Positions 41,854-51,440 of a DNA stretch of 64,000 nt are shown in pieces. The stretch is from positions 1-64,000 of the forward strand of contig JBKBRF010000026.1 of the NCBI GenBank assembly GCA_046292385.1, in the 5' to 3' direction. A program made the position numbers and the translations under genes. Position 1 is the stretch's first letter; every line of letters starts with the position of its first letter. The notes below the pieces were generated by a model that did not search any database, was not told the DNA's origin, and saw only the letters and a program-made list of their open reading frames with translations. Source of the DNA: Armatimonadota bacterium. GTDB taxonomy: Bacteria > Armatimonadota > SYMT01.

Positions 41854-43407
41854 ATGATGAGCTGTCCGCTCCGCGCGCTGCCGGCGCTGCTGCTGGCCCT
41901 CGCTTCCGTCTCGCTGCTGCCCGGCTCGCCGCGCCCGGCGGCCGCACAGGGGAGCTTCCGGGTAGAGGTGTTCAATACCCGGCGGGAGCTTTCCGGAGAG
42001 CTCTGGGGCGCCGGGCAGTGGGTCGCCTTCGCCGTCGATGAGGAAGAGCGAGACCTGAACGGGGACAAGGACGTGGAAGACAGCGTCCTGCACCTCTTCA
42101 ACATCCGCTCGCTCGATACCACCAATACCGGGGTGGCGATCGACTACAGCCTGCAGGACGAGGAGGAGAACTGGGCGGTCGCCGTGTCGGACAATCTCAT
42201 CGCGCTGCAGGTTTCGGAGCTGGATAACGGCGGGCGAGACATGAACGGCAACGGCACGGCGGAAGACAACGTCCTCTGCGTCTACAACCCGCTCAGCAAG
42301 CAGCTCACCTCCCTGGGGGTGATGGGGGGCCAGCCGCGCTTCCTGAACGGAAAGCTCTACTTCGTGCGGCCGGAGGCGGATGCGAAGAAGGACTTGAACG
42401 GCGACGGAGACATGCAGGACGCGGTGCTCTGCAGCTACGATCCGGCGACTCGGCAGATCGACAGCCTGGGCATGGAAGCGGCGAACGGTTACCAGGTGGC
42501 GGGCGACTGGATCGCGGTCGCCGCCAGCGAGGCGGGGCAGTTCGCGCGGGACCAGAACCTCGACAACGACGTCTCCGACGTGATCGCGCACCTCTACCAG
42601 GTCTCTACCAAGAAGTGGACGAGCACCGCCTGGGACTGCTCCTACGGCATGGCGCTCACGCCGAAGCTGCTGGCGGTGGGCGTGGAAGAGCAGCGGCAGG
42701 GCAACCGGGACCTGAACGCAGACAAGGACTCCCAGGACGTGGTGGCCCACGTCTGGAACCTGGCCGCGGGGACCGGGATGAGCCTGGCGCGCGACTGCAG
42801 CGGAGACCTGGTGGCGGATGACGACCTGGTCGGCTTCATCACCCTGGAGGAGGCGCAGGGCAACCAGGACCTCAACGGTGACAAGGATACCGACGACGAG
42901 GTCGCTTCGTCCTACGTGCTCGGCGCCGCCGGTCCCACCAACCTCACGCGAGACGCCTCCGGCGGGATCGCGATCGGCGGCGGCAAGCTCGCCTTTGCCT
43001 GCTCCGAAGCGGACCAGGCCAACCGGGACCTGAACAACGACCGCGATACGGACGACTACGTGCTGATGATCTACGATCCGGCGAAGAACCACATCAGCAA
43101 CTCCGGCTGGGCGGTCGACGCGGTGCTGGAAGCGAAGGAAGGCTACCTCGCCTGGACGGTGCTGGAAGAGGACCAGAAGGGCCAGGACCTGAACCGCGAC
43201 CGCGACGTGGAGGATAGCATCCTGTTCGCCATGGACCTGCGGACGCTCAACATAGCCCCGACGAGTACCGCCGCGACCGACTACGTCGCCATCACCAGCG
43301 AGGGGATCGCCTTCGGGACGCCGGAGTTTGACCAGGGCAACCGGGACCTGAACATGGACGGCGACACCGAAGACGAGATCGTGCAGGTGGCGCGCTTCAA
43401 GAAGTGA
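41854..43407 (+). CDS. Secreted repeat protein with nine DxNxDxD calcium-binding-type loops
   Basis: Signal peptide; RDLNGDKDVED-like motif about every 57 aa. Confidence 0.8.
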   Translation: MMSCPLRALPALLLALASVSLLPGSPRPAAAQGSFRVEVFNTRRELSGELWGAGQWVAFAVDEEERDLNGDKDVEDSVLHLFNIRSLDTTNTGVAIDYSLQDEEENWAVAVSDNLIALQVSELDNGGRDMNGNGTAEDNVLCVYNPLSKQLTSLGVMGGQPRFLNGKLYFVRPEADAKKDLNGDGDMQDAVLCSYDPATRQIDSLGMEAANGYQVAGDWIAVAASEAGQFARDQNLDNDVSDVIAHLYQVSTKKWTSTAWDCSYGMALTPKLLAVGVEEQRQGNRDLNADKDSQDVVAHVWNLAAGTGMSLARDCSGDLVADDDLVGFITLEEAQGNQDLNGDKDTDDEVASSYVLGAAGPTNLTRDASGGIAIGGGKLAFACSEADQANRDLNNDRDTDDYVLMIYDPAKNHISNSGWAVDAVLEAKEGYLAWTVLEEDQKGQDLNRDRDVEDSILFAMDLRTLNIAPTSTAATDYVAITSEGIAFGTPEFDQGNRDLNMDGDTEDEIVQVARFKK

Positions 43408-43430
43408 CGCCTCACCCTCTCAGACACGCG

Positions 43431-43470
43431 AAGAGGAGCCGCCGGCCGTGATAGGCTGGCGGCTCCTCTT
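43431..43470. terminator. Probable bidirectional terminator
   Basis: AAGAGGAGCCGCC / GGCGGCTCCTCTT stem between convergent genes. Confidence 0.75.
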
Positions 43471-43496
43471 GTTGCTGTGGGGGACTGGATGCGGTG

Positions 43497-43739
43497 TCAG
43501 GCGCCGACGATGTCCCCCTCTACGGGGGCTACCTGCACTCCCTGCTCGCGCAGGTAGTTGACGCCGCCTTCCAGCGCCGTCTCGTCACCTTCCAGCTCCA
43601 CCACCATCTCCGCCACCGAGTCGGTCACCCGCGCCCGACGGATGTTCGGCATCACGTCGAACTGCTTGACCATGCGGAAGAGCAGCGGCTCCCGGATGAG
43701 CTGCTCCGGATACGTCAGCGTGACCTTGCGTGTCGCCAT
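43497..43739 (-). CDS. Stand-alone NIL domain protein
   Basis: LTYP..LIREP, PNIRRA, VELEG. Confidence 0.85.
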   Translation of the reverse strand: MATRKVTLTYPEQLIREPLLFRMVKQFDVMPNIRRARVTDSVAEMVVELEGDETALEGGVNYLREQGVQVAPVEGDIVGA

Positions 43740-43833
43740 CGTCTGGATCTCCCGATCTGCGGTCCGTCGCCAATCGTCGGTCCCGGCCGCCGCCGCCGGC
43801 GTCCGGGGCAAGAGCCTCTCGGAACCGGTCTGC

Positions 43834-44112
43834 TTACCGGCCGCCGGCCACGGCGGGCACGATGGAGAGCTCGTCCCCGTCTTTCACGGGGGTCTCCTCG
43901 TTCTGCGCGAAGCGGATGTCCTCGCTGTTCACGTACACGTTCGCGAAGCGCCGCAGGTTGCCGTTGGCGTCGCACAGCCGCTCCTTGATGCCGGGGAACT
44001 GCTGCTCCAGGCTATTGATCACTTCCCGCACCGTGCCGCCGTCGGCCTGCAGCTCCGCCTGGCCGTTGGTCATCTTCTGCAGCGGCGTCGGGATCAGTAC
44101 CGTTACTGCCAT
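43834..44112 (-). CDS. MoaD/CysO-like sulfur carrier protein
   Basis: IPTPL, NVYVN.EDIRF, PAVAGG-R. Confidence 0.9.
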   Translation of the reverse strand: MAVTVLIPTPLQKMTNGQAELQADGGTVREVINSLEQQFPGIKERLCDANGNLRRFANVYVNSEDIRFAQNEETPVKDGDELSIVPAVAGGR

Positions 44113-44253
44113 GTCGTGGATTCTCTCCTACCCATTCAGGGTGTAGCGGTTAGAGGGTAGCGTGTAGGGCTTCCGAGGGGCGGCTGCGCCATCCGGACCT
44201 GGCTCCTACTCCTACTCCTACTCGTTCTCACACTCTTGATCGAGGGCTGCCTC

Positions 44254-45513
44254 TTACGCGGCCGCACCCCCGGCGCCGGCCAGGACGCGCTCCTCGAAGC
44301 TGCTGAGCGTCGGCGCGATCGTGGTGGGAGCGCCGATGCGGTCTTTCACCGCCTCCAGCGTCTTGAGGCCGTTCCCGGTGATGCAGACCACCGTGGAGCC
44401 GTCCGGATCGATCTTGCCCTGCTCGATCAGCTTCTTCGCCACCGCCAGCGTGGTGCCGCCCGCGGTCTCCGTCCAGATCCCCTCCGTGCGGGCGAGGAGC
44501 TGGATGGCGGCGATGATCTCGTCGTTGCTCGCCATCTCCGCCCAGCCGCCGCTCTCCTTCACGGCGTGGACCACGTACGGCCCGTCCGCGGGGTTCCCGA
44601 TGCGGAGGGAGGTATCGACGCTCTCGCTCACCGGGCGCGGCTTCACCGGCCGGATGATGTCGGTCTCCTGGTGGATCGCCTGCACCACCGGCGCGCACGC
44701 CTCCGCCTGCGCGGCGAAGACCCGCGTGGTCACTTCCGGGATCAGCCCCAGGTTCTGGAGCTCCTGCAAGCCGCGCCAGATCTTCGGCAGGATGGTGCCG
44801 CCGGCCACCGGGCAGACCAGGTGGTCCGGCGTGCGCCAGCCGAGCTGCTCCGCGATCTCGAAGCCGTAGGTCTTGGCGCCCTCGGTGTAGTAGGGCCGCA
44901 TGTTCACATTGACGAACGCCCACCGGTACTTGCTGGCGATCTCGCTGCAGAGCCGATTGACGTCGTCGTAGTTCCCTTCTACGGCCACCAGGTTCGGCTG
45001 GTAGATGAGTGAGCCGACTACCTTACCCGGCTCCAGGTCGTTCGGAATGAAGATGAACCGCTTCAGGCCGGCCTTCGCCCCATGCGCCGACACCGAATTG
45101 GCGAGGTTCCCGGTGGAAGCGCATCCCACTGTATCGAACCCCAGCTCCTTCGCCTTGGAGAGGGCGACCGGCACCACGCGGTCCTTGTAGGACAGCGTGG
45201 GGAAGTTCACCCCGTCGTTCTTCACCCACAGCTCCCGCACGCCCAGCTCCCGCGCCAGGTTATCGGCGCGCACGAGCGGCGTGAAGCCGGACATCAGCCC
45301 ATCGGTCGGGTCGCCGTCCAGGGGGAGCAGCTCGCGGTACCGCCAGAGGTTGCGAGGCCGGGACATGATTACGTCCTGCGAGATCCGCCCGGACATGCGC
45401 TCGTAGTCGTACGCGACTTCGAGCGGTCCGAAACAGAACTCGCAGACGTAAGTGGCCTCCTTCGGGTACTCGCGTCCACACTCCTTACACTTCAGCCCCA
45501 GGACCAGCGACAT
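44254..45513 (-). CDS. thrC: Threonine synthase-family PLP enzyme
   Basis: N-terminal CxxC..CxxC, PTLSYKDR (PLP Lys), ASTGN, EGAKT, ITGNGLK. Confidence 0.9.
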   Translation of the reverse strand: MSLVLGLKCKECGREYPKEATYVCEFCFGPLEVAYDYERMSGRISQDVIMSRPRNLWRYRELLPLDGDPTDGLMSGFTPLVRADNLARELGVRELWVKNDGVNFPTLSYKDRVVPVALSKAKELGFDTVGCASTGNLANSVSAHGAKAGLKRFIFIPNDLEPGKVVGSLIYQPNLVAVEGNYDDVNRLCSEIASKYRWAFVNVNMRPYYTEGAKTYGFEIAEQLGWRTPDHLVCPVAGGTILPKIWRGLQELQNLGLIPEVTTRVFAAQAEACAPVVQAIHQETDIIRPVKPRPVSESVDTSLRIGNPADGPYVVHAVKESGGWAEMASNDEIIAAIQLLARTEGIWTETAGGTTLAVAKKLIEQGKIDPDGSTVVCITGNGLKTLEAVKDRIGAPTTIAPTLSSFEERVLAGAGGAAA

Positions 45514-45756
45514 CCTGACCTCCCGTCCGGCGCGGCCGGACACTCACAGACAACGTAGGGATTACGAGCCGATCCCCTCCGCGAGAGCAGCCTGCAGCTA
45601 CCCGGTGGGATCGGCTCCGGACCCGGCGGGGCGTGCCGGGCCGTGCTAACATTCTTATCACCAATGCCTGAAGGCCGACCCGCGCCTCCCCCGCTCCGCC
45701 ACCCCGAGGCGGCCGGCGCCGCTCCGGCCGACCGCCGACCCTGGGGGACTGGATCC

Positions 45757-46935
45757 GTGGAGCCCGAGCTGCACCTGGAGACGCTGTGCGCGACCGCGCG
45801 GGAAGACGTGCCGAGCGAGTCCCGCCCGCTGGTGGCGCCGATCTACCAGAGCGCGGTCTGGGCCCTCGACTCGCCGGAGCAGTGCGAGGCGATCTACCAG
45901 GGGGAGACGCCGGGCTACATCTACACCCGCGACGCCAACCCGAACCACACCGCCCTCGAGGGGGTGATCGCGTCGCTGGAGCGGGCGGAGGCGGCGGTGG
46001 TGTTCGGCTCCGGCATGGCGGCCCTGGCCGCCCCGCTTACCGCGCTCTCCCGCGCCGGCGGGCGGGTGGTCGCCGCGCGCCAGCTCTACGGCGCCACCGC
46101 GCGGCTGCTGGACGGGGAGCTCTCCCGGTTCGGCGTGACGACCGAGTGGGTCGACATGACCCGCCTCTCCCACGTGGAGGCGGCACTCCAGGGCGGCGCC
46201 GACCTGCTGCTGGTGGAGACCCTGGCGAACCCGCTGGTGGAGGTGGCCGATCTCCCCCGCCTGGCGCGGATCTGCCGCCAGACCGGCACGCTGCTGGCGG
46301 TCGACAACACCTTCGCCTCTCCCGCCTGCTGCCGGCCACTGGAGCGGGGGGCGGATCTGGTGTTGCACAGTGTCACCAGTTTTTGGGGAGGCCACAGCGA
46401 CGTCACGCTCGGCGCCGCGGCCGGCCGCGCGGAGCTGATGGAGAAGCTGCGCCGGCAGGCGCGCCTCTTCGGCGGCGCCGCCAACCCGTTCGAGTGCTGG
46501 CTGGCGCTGCGGGGCGTGACCACCTTTCCCCTGCGGATGGAGCGAAGCTGCGCCAACGCCCTGGAGCTGGCCCAGCGGCTGGAGGCGCACCCGCGGGTGC
46601 GGCGGACCTTCTACCCGGGCCTCCCGTCTCACTCGCAGCACCGGCTGGCGGAGGCGCTACTGGATTCTTACGGCGCCATGCTCGCCTTCGAGCTGGAAAC
46701 GGCGGACGACGCCCGCGAGCTCCTGCGGCGCCTCCGGCACGTCCGCTTCGCCCCGAGCCTGGGGGACGTGGCGACCACCATCTCCTACCCCGTCGCCACC
46801 TCCCACCGCGGCTTCGCTCCCGAAGAGCTCGCCGCCCTCGGCATCACCCCCGCCGTGCTGCGCCTCTCCGTCGGCATCGACCACGTAGACGACGTCTGGG
46901 CGGATCTTCTTGAGGGCATAGGGTCTAGGGGATAG
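45757..46935 (+). CDS. Cys/Met metabolism PLP enzyme (MetB/MGL family); PLP Lys absent as read
   Basis: Y.R..NP, SGMAA, ET.ANP, VDNTF, SLG, LRLSVG; HSVTSFWGGH instead of HSxTKxxGGH. Confidence 0.88.
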   Translation: MEPELHLETLCATAREDVPSESRPLVAPIYQSAVWALDSPEQCEAIYQGETPGYIYTRDANPNHTALEGVIASLERAEAAVVFGSGMAALAAPLTALSRAGGRVVAARQLYGATARLLDGELSRFGVTTEWVDMTRLSHVEAALQGGADLLLVETLANPLVEVADLPRLARICRQTGTLLAVDNTFASPACCRPLERGADLVLHSVTSFWGGHSDVTLGAAAGRAELMEKLRRQARLFGGAANPFECWLALRGVTTFPLRMERSCANALELAQRLEAHPRVRRTFYPGLPSHSQHRLAEALLDSYGAMLAFELETADDARELLRRLRHVRFAPSLGDVATTISYPVATSHRGFAPEELAALGITPAVLRLSVGIDHVDDVWADLLEGIGSRG

Positions 46936-47080
46936 GGTTTAGTCCAGGCGAGCGCTGAGCCCGGAGGCGGGCTTCGCGCTCTGTAACCTCGACTTTAGTC
47001 CGATGTCACAGCGCGGCTCGCCGCACGGCCGACCACACCCTAAACCCTAAACCCTATCCCCTAGACCCTGGAACCTATCC
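46919..47080. repeat. Palindromic element with (CCCTAAA/CCCTAGA)n arms
   Basis: TAGGGTCTAGGGGATAGGGTTTAG vs CCCTAAACCCTAAACCCTATCCCCTAGACCCT; single arm also at 41402-41426. Confidence 0.75.
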
Positions 47081-47836
47081 CCTTCCCACTCGCTTCATCA
47101 CCTCGGGGCGGGCTGCGTCGAGCCGCTTCTCGGAGACGCCGAGGGCGCGGAGGGCGGTGCGTGCCATCAACTCGTCGCCGGCGGGGGCCAGGTGGACCTG
47201 GTCCGAGGTGAGCTTGCCGCCGCCGGACTGGCGGCTGCGGGCCCACGCGTCCATAAAGGCGGCGTTCTGGTCCGCCAGCGTCACGTCGTGCTGCTTCGCC
47301 AGGCGGCGGAGCGCGTCGTTGTAGGAGGCGATGCGGAGGTTGCGGATGCTCTCCGGCTCGTCCTCGAAGATGGTGGTGGTGAAGAGCACCACCTTCGCGC
47401 CCGCGTCTTTGGCGCGGCGGATCATCTCCTCCACGTTCCGCTCGTAATCGGCGAGCGGGATACGGCGCGGGCCGTAGCCGGCGGGATGCTCGGGCGTGAA
47501 GCCGTGCCAGACGTCATTGATGCCGACGCTGATCGTCACCACGTCCGGCTTGCGGTCCAGGACGTCCTTCTGGAACCGGGCCAGCATGTCGTTGCTCTTG
47601 TGGCCGCTGATGCCGGCGTTCACGATCTCGATCTTGCGCTGGGGGTAAAGGACCTGGAGGTAGTGGTCGATCAGCCAGACGTAGCCGCCCGGCCGGGCGC
47701 CGCCCTGCGTGATGCTGTCGCCCAGGGTGACGATGCGGTCTACCTTCTTCAGGTCGATCTCCTGGGCCGCCGCGGCGGGCAGGGCGGCGGCGAGGCACGC
47801 CGCGGCGCCGCTGAGGAGAAGAGTGCGTCTGTCCAT
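47075..47836 (-). CDS. SGNH/GDSL hydrolase with Tat-like signal
   Basis: GDSIT, NAGISG, GIND, DQVH. Confidence 0.92.
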   Translation of the reverse strand: MDRRTLLLSGAAACLAAALPAAAAQEIDLKKVDRIVTLGDSITQGGARPGGYVWLIDHYLQVLYPQRKIEIVNAGISGHKSNDMLARFQKDVLDRKPDVVTISVGINDVWHGFTPEHPAGYGPRRIPLADYERNVEEMIRRAKDAGAKVVLFTTTIFEDEPESIRNLRIASYNDALRRLAKQHDVTLADQNAAFMDAWARSRQSGGGKLTSDQVHLAPAGDELMARTALRALGVSEKRLDAARPEVMKRVGRG

Positions 47837-48204
47837 CAAGCTTCCTTCGCTAGAGATCCGGTGCTGAAAGTCTGGAGCGGGCGGAGAGAGCCGCCCCTGC
47901 GCATGTCGGGCGCGGGGGCGGCGGCTTCCTCCTTCGGTGGGGCCGCCTGCCGCATGCGGCGAACACGGGTCTTGGGCCAGGGGAACCGCTTCAGAACAGA
48001 AGCTGCGGCAGGTTTATGGGACGCCGCGGCGAGGGCAGCTTGGGGTGCGCCGCCGGGGAGGCCGGGCTGTCGGGCTCCCGGTGCGGCAGAGTAGCCTCAC
48101 CCCTCCTGTCGGCGGCCTCGCGAGGGTTGCCCACCCGTGTCTCCACCTCGTGGGGCCGCCGACTCTTTTCCGATCGGCCGCGCCGGCTCCGGGCCGGGCG
48201 ACGA

Positions 48205-48528
48205 TTATTCGTCGTCGGTCTGCGGATCGTAGCGGGCGCAGAAGTCGTCGATCACCTCTCGCCAGCAGGCGACGAGGGACGGCGCCCACGGCTCACCGTC
48301 GATCAGCCGCTGCTCGGCGTGGATCAAGCCGCGCAGCAGCACCGCGTATCCCAGCGCGACCTTGTCCCGCGCCACCCACTCGCGGGCATCGGCCACGCGC
48401 ATCGCCAGGATGCGGATCTCCTCGTCGGGAATGGCCGACCGTCCGGCCCGGGCCGTCTCCCGGTCGAGACCACTCCCCACTAGAGTCCCGCTCCGCGCTC
48501 CTCCCTCTGCCTCATATCTCCTCATCAT
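48205..48528 (-). CDS. Hypothetical helical protein
   Basis: 107-aa ORF with GGAAGG RBS, downstream of kinase. Confidence 0.55.
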   Translation of the reverse strand: MMRRYEAEGGARSGTLVGSGLDRETARAGRSAIPDEEIRILAMRVADAREWVARDKVALGYAVLLRGLIHAEQRLIDGEPWAPSLVACWREVIDDFCARYDPQTDDE

Positions 48529-48635
48529 GTACCTTCCGCCATGCCATCTCGCCGGTGCCGACGGTATGTACTCCCCGAGGAGTTACGGTAGCAAACCCTC
48601 CGGAGCTGCGAGTGCGGGGAGAAAGGGAGAGTGGG

Positions 48636-51266
48636 CTAGGTTTCGCTGGGGAAGAGGGTGCGGCGGAGGCGCTCCGGGTCGACCGGCTTCACGAGGTGCA
48701 GGTCGATGCCCGCCTCCTGCGACTGGCGGCGGTCTTCCGCCTGACCGTAGCCGGTCAGGGCGACGAGACGGGTGCGATGCATGCCGGGGAGGCGGCGGAG
48801 GCGGCGGGCCACCTCGTAGCCGTCGATCCCCGGCAGCCCGATGTCGAGGAGCACCAGGTCGAACGGGAGCTCTTCTGCTGCCGCCACGGCGGAGGGGCCG
48901 TCCCGCACCACCCGCACCGCTACGTTCCAGAGCGTCAGGATCTCGGCCAGCGTCTCGGCGGCGTCCGGGTTGTCCTCCACCACCAGCACCCGCAGCGCCG
49001 CGTGAGATTCCGGCGCGCGGCTCTCCGCCTCCGCTGCCCCTGCTGCCTGCGGCGGGTGCTGGTCCGGCAGCAGCGGCAGGCGGACTACGAACTCGCTCCC
49101 CGCCCCGATTCCCTGGCTGAAGGCCCGGACCGTTCCGCCGTGCAGCTCCACCAGCCGGTGCACGAGCGTGAGACCGATCCCCAGCCCGCCGGGGGCGCGG
49201 TCCAGTTTCTGCTCCGCCTGGATGAACAGCTCGAAGATGTGGGGAAGCAGCTCCGGCGCGATGCCGATGCCGTTGTCGCGCACGCGGAGCACCACCTGTG
49301 CATCGTCGCGGGTCACCGCCAGGGAGATGTGGCCGCCCGGGTCGGTGTACTTTGCCGCGTTGTTAAGCAGGTTGTTCACCACCTGCTCCAGGCGAGTCGG
49401 GTCTCCCAGAACCCAGATCGGCTCCGCCGGTAGGGTGCCGGAGAGCTCGTGGAGGCGGGTCTGGATGAACGGGCGGGTCGTCTCGATCGCTTGCCGGATC
49501 ACCGCAGCGAAGTCGACCGGCTCCCGGCGCAGCTCGATCTTTCCGTGGGTGATGCGGGAGAGGTCGAGCAGGTCGTCGACCATCCGGGAGAGGTGCTCGG
49601 TCTGGCGGCGAATCACGCCGCGGAGCCGGGGACGCTGCTCGTCCGCCACGGGGATCTGGTCGAGCACGTAGGTAGCGTTGGCAATGCCGGCGAGCGGGTT
49701 GCGCAGCTCGTGCGCGAGGGTGGCGAGGAACTCGTCCTTACGGCGGTCGGCCTCCTCCAGCGCCAGCGCGCGCCGCTCCAGCTCCTGGGAGAGCCGGACC
49801 CGCTCCAGGGCGGCGGCGACCTGATCGCAGACCGTGCCGAGCAGCTCCAGGTCTTCCGGGGTAAAAGCCGGCTTGCGGGAAGTTCCGAACGAGAGCGTGC
49901 CGATCAGGCGCTCCGCGGCGATAAGCGGGTGACAGGCGTAGGCGGTGAGGCCGAGATCCCGCATCAGCTCCGTTTCGGGACGCAAGTCACTCCTCAGACC
50001 GGAGAGCACGCTCGCCTTCCGGCTGCGAGCCACGGTGCCGCAGACCGCCTCTCCGAACCGCAGCCGCTTCAACCGGGAGACCATCTCCTCCGGGAGACCC
50101 CGGTGGGCCTCTAACTCCAGCGCGTCACCCTGCTCCGCGACGGCGTAGTGGAGGTAGAGCTCCACGCCCAGGTGAGCTGCCAGCCGCGGGAAAAGACGGT
50201 CGAGGAACTGATGCGGCTCGTCCGAGAGCAGCAGCCCGTTCGCCGCCTCGGAGAGCAGGTGGAGGCGGTCGAGGCGCCGCTCTCCTTCTTCGTAGAGCCG
50301 GGCGCGCTCGATGCCGCGGGCGGCGCGCTCCGCCACCAGCTCCAGGAGATGCACCGCTTCCGGGCTGATCGGCCCCGGCTGAAAGCAGCCGACGTGCAGC
50401 ACGCCCAGGATCTCCTCTCCGACTCGCAGCGGCACACCGCTGAGCGAGCGAATGCCGGACTCCCGCAGGATCTGGCTGTGGACCGGAAAGCTCCGCAGGT
50501 CCTCCACCAGGAGCGGCCGGCCTTCCGCGGCGATCCGGCCGGCGAAGCCCGCCCCGAGCGGGACGCGCACTCCCTGTTCCACTTCGGCTTCGAGGCCCCG
50601 CGCTGCCCGCACCACCAGCTCGTCGCCCTCGAGGAGAAGGACCGCGGCCGCGTCTACGTGGAGCGCGCCCTGGATGCGGAGCAGCAGCTCCTCCAGCAAC
50701 TCGTCCACGCCGAGGTGGTCGAGCGCGATGTCGGTCACCAGCTGGAGACGGCGGTACTCCTCGATGCTCCGCTCCGCCTCCGCGCGAGCGTGCCGCTCGC
50801 TCGCCAGCAGGCGGTCGCGCTCCTCTTCCACGCACCGGCGCCGGGTGGCGTCGCGGAAGACCTTGGCGAAGCGATACGGCCGCTCCCCGCGGTTCGCGAG
50901 CATCACTCCGGAAGCGAAGTACCGGCTGCCGTCTTTGCGGAGCTGCCAGCGCTCGTCCGGCGCGCGGCCGGTGCGGTCCGCCTCAGCCATCTCCCACTGG
51001 GGGACCCCGGCGGCGCGGTCCTCCGGCGTGAAAAGCAGGGACACGTGGCGGCCGAGGGTGTCCGCGGCGGTAAAGCCGGTGACCTGCTCGGCTCCCGGAG
51101 ACCAGGAGAGGATCAGGCCGTCCGCGTCGAGCGTCAGGATCGCGTAGTCGCGGGCGCTCTCGATCAGAATCTCGAGATCGCGCTGTGCATCGAGCGACGC
51201 AGCAGCTTCCCTGGATAGTGCTTCCCGACTAGTTGACACGCCCTGCGCGCGCTCGTCTTCCCCCAC
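48636..51266 (-). CDS. Hybrid sensor histidine kinase (PAS-GAF-GAF-HisKA-HATPase-REC)
   Basis: LAHELRNPL, NAAKYT, DNGIG, GLGIGL, LLDIGLP; GTG start with GGAGGT RBS. Confidence 0.93.
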   Translation of the reverse strand: MGEDERAQGVSTSREALSREAAASLDAQRDLEILIESARDYAILTLDADGLILSWSPGAEQVTGFTAADTLGRHVSLLFTPEDRAAGVPQWEMAEADRTGRAPDERWQLRKDGSRYFASGVMLANRGERPYRFAKVFRDATRRRCVEEERDRLLASERHARAEAERSIEEYRRLQLVTDIALDHLGVDELLEELLLRIQGALHVDAAAVLLLEGDELVVRAARGLEAEVEQGVRVPLGAGFAGRIAAEGRPLLVEDLRSFPVHSQILRESGIRSLSGVPLRVGEEILGVLHVGCFQPGPISPEAVHLLELVAERAARGIERARLYEEGERRLDRLHLLSEAANGLLLSDEPHQFLDRLFPRLAAHLGVELYLHYAVAEQGDALELEAHRGLPEEMVSRLKRLRFGEAVCGTVARSRKASVLSGLRSDLRPETELMRDLGLTAYACHPLIAAERLIGTLSFGTSRKPAFTPEDLELLGTVCDQVAAALERVRLSQELERRALALEEADRRKDEFLATLAHELRNPLAGIANATYVLDQIPVADEQRPRLRGVIRRQTEHLSRMVDDLLDLSRITHGKIELRREPVDFAAVIRQAIETTRPFIQTRLHELSGTLPAEPIWVLGDPTRLEQVVNNLLNNAAKYTDPGGHISLAVTRDDAQVVLRVRDNGIGIAPELLPHIFELFIQAEQKLDRAPGGLGIGLTLVHRLVELHGGTVRAFSQGIGAGSEFVVRLPLLPDQHPPQAAGAAEAESRAPESHAALRVLVVEDNPDAAETLAEILTLWNVAVRVVRDGPSAVAAAEELPFDLVLLDIGLPGIDGYEVARRLRRLPGMHRTRLVALTGYGQAEDRRQSQEAGIDLHLVKPVDPERLRRTLFPSET

Positions 51267-51440
51267 GCCCAGCACCTCCAGGCGAGTATCTACCCCCTGC
51301 GGAGGCGGCGTAACCCGGTCAACGAACTGAGTGGGAAGGAGGCTTGTTGCAGGTTGCAGGTTGCAGGTTGGCAGGTCTTGAGCCCTATCCCACGTTAGCA
51401 AGTCCGCTAACCGGAACCTGGAACCTGCAACCGGGGCTCG

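Noticed and set aside
47037..47070. Plant telomere (CCCTAAA) contamination
   Set aside because: Few degenerate units within a bacterial palindromic element, contiguous with bacterial genes
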